Source: Flavobacteriales bacterium (GTDB lineage: Bacteria > Bacteroidota > Bacteroidia > Flavobacteriales_F > PHOS-HE28). From it: 43,682 nucleotides of DNA. The notes under the pieces were generated by a model. The model was not told the origin of the DNA, searched no databases, and saw nothing but the letters and a program-made list of their open reading frames with translations. Position 1 is the stretch's first letter; every line of letters starts with the position of its first letter. Shown here piece by piece: positions 20,857 to 30,738 of this stretch. The position numbers and the translations under genes were made by a program. The stretch is from contig JBATND010000068.1 in the NCBI GenBank assembly GCA_049290175.1, positions 1 to 43,682 on the forward strand, given 5' to 3'.

Positions 20857-21996
20857 ATGATGGACCGTGCCGATTTGCTTGGTGAGCTTGCGCGCAGGTT
20901 GCGGGGCAATCCGGTGGTGATGCTTTTGGGGCCACGCCAATGTGGGAAGACCACGCTGGCGCGCGCACTTGCCGCACAACGGACGGCCACCTATTTCGAC
21001 CTGGAATCGCCGAGCGCCGCGGGCGCGATGTCGGATCCGCATACCGCACTCGCTGACTTGCGGGGCCTGGTGATCATCGATGAGGCCCAGCGCCAGCCCG
21101 AGTTGTTCCCCGTGCTCCGCGTGCTTGCTGATCGACCACGAACCCCTGCCCGCTTCCTCTTGTTGGGCAGCGCCTCACCAGAGCTTTCAAGACAAGGTGC
21201 CGAATCGCTCGCCGGCCGAGTAGCGTTCATGGAGATGCGGGGGTTCACATTTTCCGAGGTGGATGCGGGCCGAACAAACAGGCTATGGCTGCGCGGTGGA
21301 TTCCCCCGCTCCTTCCTCGCACGGAACGACGCCGAAAGCTTGGAGCGGCGGCTCGATTTCATCCAGACCTTTCTCGAGAGGGACCTGTCGCAACTGGGGT
21401 TCGGGTTCTCGCCGAAAGTGATGGGGCGCTTCTGGACCATGCTGGCCCATTACCACGGGCAGATCTGGAACGCATCGGAGATCGCGGCATCCATGGGCGT
21501 GAGCTACCACACGGCGAACGGGTACTTGGACGCGTTGGAGCAGACCTTCATGATCCGCAGGGTGCTGCCCTGGTATGAGAACGTGGGGAAGCGTTTGGTG
21601 AAAAGTCCCAAGATCTACTTCCGCGATAGCGGGCTACTGCATGCCTTGCAGCGCACCGGTACGATGCACGAGCTCATGCATCACCCCAAGCTAGGGGCCT
21701 CGTGGGAAGGTTTCGTGCTGGAGGAGTTGGTGAGCCGCTATCGGCTTCGCGATGTTTACTACTACAACGTGCACGCGGGTTCCGAGCTGGATCTCTTCTT
21801 CCTGCACAAGGGCAAACGCGTGGGCGTGGAGATCAAGCGCGAGGATGCCCCGCGCATGACCAAGAGCATGCATGTGGCCCTGGCCGACCTGAAGTTGGAC
21901 AAGCTGCGAGTGATCTACCCCGGCGACCGGCGCTACACCATAGCCCCGAAGGTGGTTTGCGTCCCGCTCGCAGAGATCGCAGAAGCCCTGAGCTGA
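20857..21996 (+). CDS. AAA+ ATPase with DUF4143-like C-terminal region (COG1373-type)
   Basis: Walker A motif LLGPRQCGKTTLAR and Walker B-like motif LVIIDEAQ. The length and C-terminal pattern (PWYENVGKRLVKSPKIYFRDSGLLHAL) are typical of this family. Confidence 0.75.
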   Translation: MMDRADLLGELARRLRGNPVVMLLGPRQCGKTTLARALAAQRTATYFDLESPSAAGAMSDPHTALADLRGLVIIDEAQRQPELFPVLRVLADRPRTPARFLLLGSASPELSRQGAESLAGRVAFMEMRGFTFSEVDAGRTNRLWLRGGFPRSFLARNDAESLERRLDFIQTFLERDLSQLGFGFSPKVMGRFWTMLAHYHGQIWNASEIAASMGVSYHTANGYLDALEQTFMIRRVLPWYENVGKRLVKSPKIYFRDSGLLHALQRTGTMHELMHHPKLGASWEGFVLEELVSRYRLRDVYYYNVHAGSELDLFFLHKGKRVGVEIKREDAPRMTKSMHVALADLKLDKLRVIYPGDRRYTIAPKVVCVPLAEIAEALS

Positions 21997-22000
21997 TCCT

Positions 22001-22126
22001 ATGCGCTTCGTGCCGTTCGTTACCGGCATGTGGAGCATCCTGGATGTGATTCCCTTCCATGCCTCTGCCTTCGGCAGACAAGTCCGGCAGGCAGGCCCAC
22101 GGACGCCGAAAAGCGCGCAGTTCTGA
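22001..22126 (+). pseudogene. degenerate duplicate of the asnS 3' end (last ~28 codons)
   Basis: 22003-22126 aligns with asnS 20717-20801. Its translation is MRFVPFVTGMWSILDVIPF[13-codon insert]PRTPKSAQF*, against [28 protein letters not shown] in asnS. Confidence 0.65.
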
Positions 22127-22160
22127 TTGGCTGATACGTCAGCATCATCACCTTTGGCCC

Positions 22161-22769
22161 ATGCGGCCGCATTTCCTTCCTTGGGCAATTGCTTTCGTTA
22201 TCACCCGTGCAGGTGACCTCTGGAGCACAGCGCTGTTCATGCTGCAACCCGGCGGTGAGGCTGGAGAGATGAACCCGTTGACGAGTCTTTTCGGTCTTGG
22301 TTACTGGCCGCTGGCCGTGTCCAACATCTTGTTCAGCGCGTTACTGCTATATGGCCACTGGCATTATTGCAAGCACTTTGGAAAGCGCACGCTGCCAAGT
22401 GTGCCATCCAACCGCTCCGAGTACGCATCGCTGCTATTCTTCGGTCGTGTCGGCCAAGCATGGAAGACCTTGTTCACCGTTGAGCGCAACCAACGCTTGC
22501 ATTACAGCCAACTGGCGCACGTCCTCGTGAAAGCCATCGCTTGCGTGAGCGTGCTCGCGGTGCTCCATAACCTTGGGCAGTTCTACGGATGGGCACTGAA
22601 CGACCATCTGAGGACAATGCTGATACGGCCTACTCTCGTATACTATGGCATCTGTATACCGCTGGCCTGGTTCTTCGCTTCGCGCATGCTTACGAAGGAA
22701 TACCTGCACTGGCTCGACCACAATAGCTCGACTAGCCGAACCGCGGGAGCAAACCAACAGCAGCCATGA
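22161..22769 (+). CDS. hypothetical multi-pass membrane protein
   Basis: ATG 22161. Hydrophobic segments include WAIAFVITRAG, WPLAVSNILFSALLLY, VKAIACVSVLAVL and YYGICIPLAWFF. The D..ST......E.NPL pattern resembles the DUF5658 family (weak). The start is uncertain. Confidence 0.5.
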   Translation: MRPHFLPWAIAFVITRAGDLWSTALFMLQPGGEAGEMNPLTSLFGLGYWPLAVSNILFSALLLYGHWHYCKHFGKRTLPSVPSNRSEYASLLFFGRVGQAWKTLFTVERNQRLHYSQLAHVLVKAIACVSVLAVLHNLGQFYGWALNDHLRTMLIRPTLVYYGICIPLAWFFASRMLTKEYLHWLDHNSSTSRTAGANQQQP

Positions 22770-22835
22770 GCTTCATGGTTCCCGCGCTGCCTCGGCCAAC
22801 GAGTGAACTCGCCTTCCGACAGAACCAAGGACGCC

Positions 22836-22866
22836 GAAGAGCGCGGAGCTATGATCCGCGCTCTTC
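22836..22866. terminator. 12-bp GC-rich hairpin between convergent transcription units; its left arm lies in the third asnS-3' copy
   Basis: gaagagcgcgga-gctatga-tccgcgctcttc. It sits between the islet genes (+) and the T9SS gene ending at 22892 (-). Confidence 0.55.
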
Positions 22867-22891
22867 GCATCGCATCGGTATTGACGCTGCC

Positions 22892-24526
22892 TTACTCGAT
22901 GATCAGCCGTCCGTTTATTGTCAGCGAACCGTCGGTGTACCGCACCACATATGCACCCTGCGGCAGGAATGACGCATCGACCTGTATCGTTCCGTTGCCC
23001 GCTCCCATCGATGCCTGATGGACCATCCGTCCCGTTGCATCCATGATCTCGATGCGTACAACTGCCATCCGAGACTTCAATCGCATGGTGAACAGGCCAT
23101 CCGTCGGATTCGGATATATGACGCCGGGTTGATCGTGGGCTAAGCCTTCCGCCATGCCAAGACCGCTGCCCAGGCCTTCCACCACGCAGAGGTCGTAGCC
23201 GGGCTGCTCAAAGGCGAATTGAGTGCGGTAATCATACACGCGGAAGTAGTACGTGCTGCCCACGGTCAAGCCGCTCGCGACCATATCGTCCGCAACACCG
23301 CTACCGCCTTGGTCTCCGCATGCGATAGGCGATAGCGAACCGCAGCTTCCGCTGAAGAGTTGCATGGCGATGTCCATGTTGCCCGCGGGCGCGCCGCCGA
23401 TGGTCATGTCCGCAGCCGTAGCGGTGAAGCTGTACCATACATCATCGTTGGCATCACCGGTGAAACCGTTGCAGGTCATGGCCGGCATTGACTGCGAGGC
23501 GCACATCGGAGCGAAGAACTGCGTGACGCATTCCGTGGTGGGTGTAAGGGCGATCGCTCCAGCGCATTCGTCGTTGGCCGGCGCATCGGTACCGCAGGCT
23601 TCGGCGGAGAACGTGATGACGTAAGGTCCTACCCCGGAACCGATCTGGCCCACCGGATAGTAATACGTGCCGGGTGGGAGATTGGAGTAACACAGCTCCC
23701 GGTTGCCATCGGTGCAAAGCGCGTACGAGCCGGGTGTTCTCGGGTTGGTGAACGTGCAGTTGGTATAGAGGCGAAGGTTGAAGAAGGGCCAGGCCGGCGT
23801 GATGCCGCAGAAGCTGACATGGACATCGGCGCATTGGCTGATGCTGAAGGCTTCCCAAACGCAGGGCACCCCTTCCAGCTCATTGTCCAAGGCGCCTTCG
23901 TTGGTGCCGTTCACTACCACGCTGCCACCGATAGCCAAGGGTTGCACAACCGCATTGGTGCAGAGGTCGTTCGGAGGCACGGGCACGCTCGCACCAGGCG
24001 TTACGCACAAGGTGAAAGGACCTGCCTCGCCGAACGCGATGTTGGACCAGACACGGATCCAATAGTCGGCCCCGGCTGTTACCGGAACGTTCTGAGGTAC
24101 GCCGGGCAATATGATGCAGAAGAGATCAGCCCCTCCACAGACGTCGTACACAGCAAGCCCCCAATCCTGCGTGTTCGGATCTGCGGGCACAAGGTCCATG
24201 GCGAGTACAGTCTCTGCACCTGCGTTCACCGTGTACCAAACATCCTGGTACGGCCCCGAGTCCTCGTCGCAGTAGGGTTCGTTGCCAGAGAAGGTGGCGT
24301 CGGTGGTGGTGCCAGTGATCGGTGCGCTGCAATCTGCCGAAACGGTGATCACCTCCGCGTTGGCGCAATCGTCATTGGCCGGTGCGCTGCCGCGCTCGGC
24401 GCCGATCGCAAGCGCATGCCCGGTCTTGTCCAATTCGGTATTGCGTTGCCGGTTGGTGCTGCGCTGCCCGAGCGCGGTGTGCGCGAAGGCGAAAAAAAGT
24501 GCGGATAGGAGTAGGAAATGCTTCAT
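22892..24526 (-). CDS. T9SS-secreted protein with three Cys-rich N-D-x-C-x-x-A modules
   Basis: ATG (complement) 24524-24526 gives signal peptide [21 protein letters not shown]. Three modules begin [20 protein letters not shown] and [12 protein letters not shown]-terminal T9SS CTD ([15 protein letters not shown]...[21 protein letters not shown]). Confidence 0.75.
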   Translation of the reverse strand: MKHFLLLSALFFAFAHTALGQRSTNRQRNTELDKTGHALAIGAERGSAPANDDCANAEVITVSADCSAPITGTTTDATFSGNEPYCDEDSGPYQDVWYTVNAGAETVLAMDLVPADPNTQDWGLAVYDVCGGADLFCIILPGVPQNVPVTAGADYWIRVWSNIAFGEAGPFTLCVTPGASVPVPPNDLCTNAVVQPLAIGGSVVVNGTNEGALDNELEGVPCVWEAFSISQCADVHVSFCGITPAWPFFNLRLYTNCTFTNPRTPGSYALCTDGNRELCYSNLPPGTYYYPVGQIGSGVGPYVITFSAEACGTDAPANDECAGAIALTPTTECVTQFFAPMCASQSMPAMTCNGFTGDANDDVWYSFTATAADMTIGGAPAGNMDIAMQLFSGSCGSLSPIACGDQGGSGVADDMVASGLTVGSTYYFRVYDYRTQFAFEQPGYDLCVVEGLGSGLGMAEGLAHDQPGVIYPNPTDGLFTMRLKSRMAVVRIEIMDATGRMVHQASMGAGNGTIQVDASFLPQGAYVVRYTDGSLTINGRLIIE

Positions 24527-24577
24527 GGTCTGTTGAGTTTTAGTGAGGGTGCAAACGTTCATGGTGAAGTGCTCTGG

Positions 24578-24614
24578 GAAAACCCCATAAGGGTGGGGGA
24601 TGCTGGGGCTCCCC
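24578..24614 (-). promoter_or_regulatory. conserved G-run/C-run/G-run+U-tract leader element, copy 1 (copy 2 at 26030-26068)
   Basis: The minus strand reads GGGGAGCCCCAGCATCCCCCACCCTTATGGGGTTTTC, 51 nt upstream of ATG 24526. A near-identical core, TCCCCCAyCsTTATGGGGTTT, lies 57 nt upstream of ATG 25972. Confidence 0.35.
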
Positions 24615-24619
24615 GTCAT

Positions 24620-25972
24620 CTAGTTCTTCGCGATGCGTTCCGTGAGCACCGTGCCATCAGAGAACTCCACCTGCAGCAGATAGAGGCCATCGTGCAAGGA
24701 GTGCAGGTCGAGCGCGAAAGGCGCAACGGTGTGTACTGCCGATCGCACCAGCACAGTTCGGCCACTGGCGTCGATCACGTTGATGCGTTGTGCCCGCATG
24801 TAATGGGGCAGTTGCAGCATGATGTTCCCTGAGCTTGGGTTCGGGAAGGCCGAGATCCGATCGGCGCTATCATCGCCATCGTTAATCCCCACGACACCAT
24901 TCCATTCATAAATGCCACCAACAGCAGGCGATGTGATGTTGCCTCCGGCGAAGGCCACTGTGGGCGATAGGAACTCGACGACTGGAAGGGCTGGGCTGTA
25001 GTTGACCGACACCCATGTCTCACCGCTATCGTGCGTGATCAGGTACGGGCTCGATGTGTTGCTCGCGTTCAAATAACCCTTGTTCACGAAGTAGGTGCCT
25101 GCTGTACCCGGTACATACTCAATATCACCGGCCAGCGGACTGCTGGGGATGGTGATCGGCGTCCACGTCTCACCACCATCCTCAGTGCGCACTGCCTGGC
25201 TCGGAGCATAGGAAGTGGCTATGCCGCGCAGGTGGTTCTCGAAAGCCACCGAAGCAAGACCCGGATAGTTGTTGCTGCCGAGCAAGCCTGTGGTGAAAGC
25301 CTGCCAGGATATTCCCTTATCCGTTGTCCGCCACACCCTGCCGGCGCGTGTGCAAAACCACAGCGTATCGCCTCTCGCTTCGCAGCGATTGTCACCGAAC
25401 ACCCACTGGCCTTCAGCTGCTGCCGGTGCCGGCAGACTTGCAGCCGGAACGCGCAACCATGTGTTGCCTCCGTTCGAAGTGCGATAGATGCGCAGCGAAT
25501 CAACGGTTGGATTACCGGTGCCCGGACTTCCGAAGCCAAGGCCATCGTTTGCATTGAAGAAATGCAGTGAGGCGAATGCGAGACCCGCATTGTTGAACTC
25601 GCCCGGTTGATCCACCCAGTTCGCGCCACCATCGGAGGTCTTCATGATTTTGACACGATCCTGCTCCGGTGTGTTGAGCAGCAGCGCCCAAGCCGTTTGC
25701 GCGTCCTGCGCATGGATCTGGCCCGGGTAGTACGCACCAACATTCGGCAACTCCCCGGCATTCCACACCCCACCGCCATCCGTAGTCATGGTGAAGTCGT
25801 AGCACGCTGCGCCCGATGGATCCCACGCCACAGCCCATACCGTGTTCTCGTCGACGGCCGAGATGCTGAAGATCTTGCGCGGTGTATTCGAGATACCAGA
25901 GCCGATGTTCACCCATTGGGCATCTGACGTAATAGCCAGGGTACTTGCAAGGAGGAGTAATGCGTGTTTCAT
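24620..25972 (-). CDS. BNR/Asp-box repeat (sortilin/Ycf48-like beta-propeller) protein with T9SS C-terminal domain
   Basis: ATG (complement) 25970-25972 gives MKHALLLLASTLAITSDAQ. Six Asp-box-like motifs (TTDGGGVW, TSDGGANW, TSNGGNTW, TTDKGISW, TEDGGETW, THDSGETW). CTD ISAFPNPSSGNIMLQL...GLYLLQVEFSDG. Confidence 0.8.
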   Translation of the reverse strand: MKHALLLLASTLAITSDAQWVNIGSGISNTPRKIFSISAVDENTVWAVAWDPSGAACYDFTMTTDGGGVWNAGELPNVGAYYPGQIHAQDAQTAWALLLNTPEQDRVKIMKTSDGGANWVDQPGEFNNAGLAFASLHFFNANDGLGFGSPGTGNPTVDSLRIYRTSNGGNTWLRVPAASLPAPAAAEGQWVFGDNRCEARGDTLWFCTRAGRVWRTTDKGISWQAFTTGLLGSNNYPGLASVAFENHLRGIATSYAPSQAVRTEDGGETWTPITIPSSPLAGDIEYVPGTAGTYFVNKGYLNASNTSSPYLITHDSGETWVSVNYSPALPVVEFLSPTVAFAGGNITSPAVGGIYEWNGVVGINDGDDSADRISAFPNPSSGNIMLQLPHYMRAQRINVIDASGRTVLVRSAVHTVAPFALDLHSLHDGLYLLQVEFSDGTVLTERIAKN

Positions 25973-26029
25973 GGTGATCGCCGCATGAGTTCTGCGACGG
26001 TGCGAAACAGCGCATCCGAGATCAGGGGC

Positions 26030-26068
26030 GAAACCCCATAACGATGGGGGAGCGATGCAAAGCCCCCC
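26030..26068 (-). promoter_or_regulatory. conserved leader element, copy 2
   Basis: The minus strand reads GGGGGGCTTTGCATCGCTCCCCCATCGTTATGGGGTTTC. It has the same three-element layout as copy 1 and is not downstream of any minus-strand gene. Confidence 0.35.
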
Positions 26069-26121
26069 ATACATGTGGTTTCCGGAACATATCCGGATCG
26101 ATTGTTTCGCGTCACCGCGCC

Positions 26122-28191
26122 ATGTTCCGCACAATCGTCTTCGCGCTTGCTAGCCTATGCGTATCCCCCGCATGGTGTGAATCGGCACCGCTGGACACCG
26201 CTAGGGTGGTTCAACTGCTTCAAGCTGCCCGCCAGCCATCCAACCAGTCCGTCCTCGGTTTCGTCCACGACCCCGCGCTTACCGCGCAGGCGTTGCATCT
26301 GGCCGATAGCATCGGTTGGGAGCGCGGCATCTTTCGAGGACATCTGTGGTCCATCCTCAGTCTTGCTGATCTGAATTTCAGCGCTGGGATGGACACGTGG
26401 GACCACCATGTTCGGGGAGCAACTCAACGGCTCGGCCAGGCGAACGATCAGGAGCGCGTATTCCTCTACCGCACCATCGGCAGGACACATGTTTATGCGA
26501 TGAACATTGATACGGCGGTCATGTACATCGACAGCGCTCAATGGGTGGCTGACCGGTCCGGCGACAAGCGTTCGGTCGCGCTCGTCACGTACACGCGGGC
26601 ACACTGCATGCGGGTGGCCGAGCGCTGGGGCGAGGCGTTCCGCTTGTCGCTACAGGCCAACGCCATGGCCGAAGCGATCGATGATCCGCTGCTCAAGACC
26701 TGGGGCTACAATCTGTCCGGCATGGTCAGGGGGAGGCTCGGTGACCTTGAAGGGGCCGTGAAGGACTTCACCCGTTCGCTCGCTTTGGCGGACAGCATGA
26801 GCATCCATTTCATCCGTGTGGTTAACCACATGAACTGGGGCTTCGTGATGCAGGTGAAGGGCCGCTGGAGCGAGGCCTTGCAGCAATACCGAGCGGTGCG
26901 CGCAGTGGGAAAGGAGGCGAGTTACACCGACGAGTCGATGGTGTTGCCCGACCTGGGCATCGGACACATGTTGGTGCGCTTGGACAGTCTGGATAAGGCT
27001 GATTTGATTCTCCGGCGCATCAAGGGATCCGAGGCGCTTATTGCATCGGGCTATCAACAGGAGTTCAACAACGCATGGGCGTTGCTGCATTTGCGCCGCG
27101 GGCAGTTCAAGGAGGCCGTGACCTTCGCCCGAATGGCCTTCCACACCGAACAGCGCGATGAGAACGACGTGATCAAACGCGATGCCTCACGCATCCTTTC
27201 CGAAGCCTACAAAGCATTGAAGCGCCCCGCCGAAGCCTTGGAATGGACGGAGATCGCGCACCAATGGGAGGACAGCGTGCTCTACCGGCAACAGGCCAAC
27301 GAAGCGCTGCGCGAAGAGATGGACCGCGAAATGGTGGTGCGTGCCGAACAGGACAGCCTGGCACATGCCGAGGAGACCGCCCGGGTGGAACGCGCCAACC
27401 AAGAGCGCGCGAACAAGGAGAAGGCCCGCCGCAAAGCGCTGATCATCGGAGGTGTCGCGATCCTGCTGGTCGCGCTCTTCCTCTGGTGGCGCCTGCAGTT
27501 CACCCGCCGCGCCAAACGCGCCATCGAAAAGGAGAAGGACCGCAGCGAAGGACTCCTCTTGAACATCCTGCCCGAGGACATCGCCGAAGAGCTCAAGGCC
27601 AAGGGCGAGGCCGATGCGCGCTTGATCGATGAGGTCACCATCCTCTTCACCGATTTCAAAGGCTTCACGGCCATCAGCGAACAACTCACCGCCCGCGAAT
27701 TGGTGGACGAGCTGAACGAATGCTTCAAAGCCTTCGACCACATCATCACCGCGCGGGGGATCGAGAAGATCAAGATCATCGGCGATGCCTACATGTGCGC
27801 GGGTGGCTTGTCCGGCACCAAAGGGTCCTCGCCGCTGCAGGTGGTGCTGGCCGCGCTGGAGATGCAGGACTACATGATGAAGCGCAAGGCCGAGCGCGCG
27901 CTGCATGGCCTGCCGGGCTTCGAAATGCGCGTGGGCATCCACACCGGTCCCGTCGTTGCCGGCATCGTAGGTGTGAAGAAGTTCCAGTACGATATCTGGG
28001 GCGATACCGTGAACATCGCCAGTCGCATGGAGAGTTCAGGTGAGGTAGGGCAAGTGAACATCAGCGAGGCCACACATGCATTGGTGAAAGCCACGCTCGG
28101 ATTGCGCTTCACGCAGCGGGGCAAGGTGCAGGCGAAGGGAAAGGGGGAGTTGGAGATGTACTTCGTTACCCGGCCAGGATCGCCGATCTGA
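26122..28191 (+). CDS. class III adenylate cyclase with ~430-aa TPR-like sensor region and TM helix
   Basis: ATG 26122 gives MFRTIVFALASLCVSPAWC. TM helix ALIIGGVAILLVALFLWW. Cyclase motifs ILFTDFKGFT, EKIKIIGDAYMCAGG, VGIHTGPVVAGIVG and FQYDIWGDTVNIASRMES. Confidence 0.85.
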   Translation: MFRTIVFALASLCVSPAWCESAPLDTARVVQLLQAARQPSNQSVLGFVHDPALTAQALHLADSIGWERGIFRGHLWSILSLADLNFSAGMDTWDHHVRGATQRLGQANDQERVFLYRTIGRTHVYAMNIDTAVMYIDSAQWVADRSGDKRSVALVTYTRAHCMRVAERWGEAFRLSLQANAMAEAIDDPLLKTWGYNLSGMVRGRLGDLEGAVKDFTRSLALADSMSIHFIRVVNHMNWGFVMQVKGRWSEALQQYRAVRAVGKEASYTDESMVLPDLGIGHMLVRLDSLDKADLILRRIKGSEALIASGYQQEFNNAWALLHLRRGQFKEAVTFARMAFHTEQRDENDVIKRDASRILSEAYKALKRPAEALEWTEIAHQWEDSVLYRQQANEALREEMDREMVVRAEQDSLAHAEETARVERANQERANKEKARRKALIIGGVAILLVALFLWWRLQFTRRAKRAIEKEKDRSEGLLLNILPEDIAEELKAKGEADARLIDEVTILFTDFKGFTAISEQLTARELVDELNECFKAFDHIITARGIEKIKIIGDAYMCAGGLSGTKGSSPLQVVLAALEMQDYMMKRKAERALHGLPGFEMRVGIHTGPVVAGIVGVKKFQYDIWGDTVNIASRMESSGEVGQVNISEATHALVKATLGLRFTQRGKVQAKGKGELEMYFVTRPGSPI

Positions 28192-28233
28192 GCACGTGCG
28201 ATCATTCATGCCGATATTCGTGTCCATCCGAGG

Positions 28234-28668
28234 ATGAGAACAACCGAACTCTCCATGATCACGGCCGTCATGCTCGGCTGCATGTTCAAGTTCTTGTATT
28301 GGCCGGGCGCCAGCGTCCTCGTCGTCCTGGGGGGATTCGGCTTGGCGCTCTTCTATTTCCCGTTCGGCTTCCGCACGCTGCCTGCACCCAAGCCCACGGA
28401 CCAGATTCTGTGGATGTCGGTGCTTGGCGGCTTCGCCCTATCCATAGCCATGGTTGGACTGGTCTTCTTTCTGATGCGATGGCCGCTCCAGAGCGAGTTG
28501 TTGGTGACAGGAACCGTCCTCTGCACGATCACGCTGCTTATCGGTGGTGTGCTCAGGTACAAACATCCCCGTCTCGACATCTACCTGGACGGCTTGTTGA
28601 TCCGTTGTCTCGTGCTGGCCGCGTTGACTTTCGCCATGTGGTACCTGTTCAGCGAAAAGCCCCGCTGA
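28234..28668 (+). CDS. small 4-TM membrane protein (KFLYWPGA motif)
   Basis: Four hydrophobic segments. The N-terminal MFKFLYWPGASVLVVLGG resembles the K-x-x-H/Y-W-P-G motif of small Bacteroidota membrane proteins. It sits between the cyclase and the convergent kinase. Confidence 0.55.
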   Translation: MRTTELSMITAVMLGCMFKFLYWPGASVLVVLGGFGLALFYFPFGFRTLPAPKPTDQILWMSVLGGFALSIAMVGLVFFLMRWPLQSELLVTGTVLCTITLLIGGVLRYKHPRLDIYLDGLLIRCLVLAALTFAMWYLFSEKPR

Positions 28669-28671
28669 TCG

Positions 28672-30738
28672 CTAGAATGCGACGGACAGGTCAATCGTGG
28701 TGCCGTGCGGTGTGGCACTGCTGATCCGAAATTCGGCCTTCATTTCCAAGGCGCGCATCCGCATATTGCGCAAGCCGTTGCCGCCGCCACTGTTCACTGG
28801 CCCATCCGACTTGTCAAATCCGATCCCGTTGTCGGCGATGGTCAATCGCAGATTGTTCTTTTCCTGCGCGAAGGTGACCACCACTTCGGTGGCCTGCGCA
28901 TGTTTCGCCGCGTTGTTCACGGCTTCCTTGAAGATGAGGTAGAGGTCGCTCTTCACAGCAGGCGGCATCGTCGCGTTGCTCTCCCCGGCGCTGTTGAAGC
29001 GGAACACAACGCCCTTCGGCTCCAGCACCGCCGCTCCGAATTCACGCATGCGCGCCAACAACTCGTCCAAGGTATCGCGCTCCGGATCAACGCTCCACAC
29101 GATGTCGCTCATGTTGCGCATCAAGCGTTGGGTGCGTTCGCTGATGCCCGTTAGAGAAGCGGCAGCCCCGGCTTCATCACCTGCTTCCGCCTTGCGGCGC
29201 GCCACTGAACTGAGGATGTTAATGCTGCTGAGGGTGCTGCCGATATCGTCGTGCAGGTCGCGGCTCAAGCGGCTTCGCAATTGTTCCAACTGCATGCGTC
29301 GGTTGGTGCGCGAGCGGACGAAGAGCACGCCAGCGAAGAGGATGACGAAACCGATAAGCACGAACAGATTGATGCGCTGCATGCGGTGCTCGCGGTCCAT
29401 GGAGCGGGCTTCGGCGCGCTGCTGTTCCAGTAACGCCGCGGTCTCCGCGTGCGCCAAGCTGTCGCCGATGGCACGCTGAGCGAATTCACTCTCGAGCTGA
29501 AGCCGCATGGCTTGGTCGGCTTGTTGCCGATAGCGGATACTATCCTCCCATTGGTGCGTGACTTCCGTCCACTTCAAGGCTTCACCGGTCTGACCGAGCG
29601 CTTTGTAGGTATCAGCGAGCACACGGGATGCATCGCGCTTGACCACGTCATTCTCGTCCCATTGTTCCGTGGCGAAGGCGGTACGCGCAAACTTCACCGC
29701 TTCCTGGTAACGACCTCGACGCAGTTGCAACACCGCCCAAGCCGTATTGAATTCCTGTTCGTACGGATGACCCACCATGGCATTAGCCCGGTGCAAGCGG
29801 CCAAGGAATTCCTCCGCCTGGTCAAGGCTGTCCAAACGAAGGAGCATGTAGCCTACACCCGTTTCGATCTCGCTCATATCATCCTTGGTCGCATCGCTTG
29901 CCATGGCGATGGTGTGGAGCATGCGGTAATGGTCCAAGGCTTCGCGCCAACGCCCCTTCACCTGCATCATGTAGCCCCAGTTGCTGTGGTTCCGTAAGTG
30001 CAGCATGGTGATGTCCATGCTGTCCGCCAAATGCAACGAGGTCTGCAGATCCTTCGCCGCCTGATCGAGATCACCCAGCCGGCCACGGATGAAGCCGGAG
30101 AGGTTGTAGGTGAAGGCACGCAACAGGTCGTCGTCCAACTCTTCAGCCTTCGCTATCGTGGTCAGGGCCACGCGGAAAGCGTCTCCCCAACGTTCAGATC
30201 TTCGCAAGGCCTGTGCATGTGCGTACATGACCACCGCCTTCAGGCGTTCATCGCCACAACGTGCTGCGGCGCTCTGGGCCGTGTCGATGTAGAGGGCCGC
30301 TGTGTCCGCGCTATGGATCATAGCGTAACGTCGAGAAGCCGTCAGGTGAAGCAGTGTGCGTTCCTCCACCGAGGCCAGTTGCTGCCTGCTCATCGCCCCT
30401 CGGAAATGCACGTCCCAATCCGCGTGGCCGAAGGCGTAATCCCCTTGGGTCATGCTCAGCAGCGACCCCAGATGCGCTTTGAAGACACCACGATCCCAGC
30501 CGATCCGTTGCGCGCGCTCCAAGGCTTGCGCGGACAACGCGCTGTCCATTGCGAACCCTATGATGGCGTTGTTGGACGGTTGACGGGCTTGATCCAACAA
30601 TCGAACTACACTGACCGTGTCCTTTGCGACCTCTTCATCCTTCGCGCTTACGGCTATGGTAAGGCCGAACAAGATCCCCACGAAACAGGTCAGCCGCAGG
30701 ACAGGGCACCATGAACCTCGGCGGGACTGCGCATTCAT
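28672..30738 (-). CDS. sensor histidine kinase (TPR-like sensor + TM + HisKA_3 + HATPase_c)
   Basis: H-box LSRDLHDDIGSTLSSI. ATPase motifs EAVNNAAKHA, DNGIGF and GGNGLRNMRMRA. TM helix INLFVLIGFVILFAGVLFV. The N-terminal ~430 aa are homologous to the sensor of cyclase 26122..28191. Confidence 0.85.
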   Translation of the reverse strand: MNAQSRRGSWCPVLRLTCFVGILFGLTIAVSAKDEEVAKDTVSVVRLLDQARQPSNNAIIGFAMDSALSAQALERAQRIGWDRGVFKAHLGSLLSMTQGDYAFGHADWDVHFRGAMSRQQLASVEERTLLHLTASRRYAMIHSADTAALYIDTAQSAAARCGDERLKAVVMYAHAQALRRSERWGDAFRVALTTIAKAEELDDDLLRAFTYNLSGFIRGRLGDLDQAAKDLQTSLHLADSMDITMLHLRNHSNWGYMMQVKGRWREALDHYRMLHTIAMASDATKDDMSEIETGVGYMLLRLDSLDQAEEFLGRLHRANAMVGHPYEQEFNTAWAVLQLRRGRYQEAVKFARTAFATEQWDENDVVKRDASRVLADTYKALGQTGEALKWTEVTHQWEDSIRYRQQADQAMRLQLESEFAQRAIGDSLAHAETAALLEQQRAEARSMDREHRMQRINLFVLIGFVILFAGVLFVRSRTNRRMQLEQLRSRLSRDLHDDIGSTLSSINILSSVARRKAEAGDEAGAAASLTGISERTQRLMRNMSDIVWSVDPERDTLDELLARMREFGAAVLEPKGVVFRFNSAGESNATMPPAVKSDLYLIFKEAVNNAAKHAQATEVVVTFAQEKNNLRLTIADNGIGFDKSDGPVNSGGGNGLRNMRMRALEMKAEFRISSATPHGTTIDLSVAF

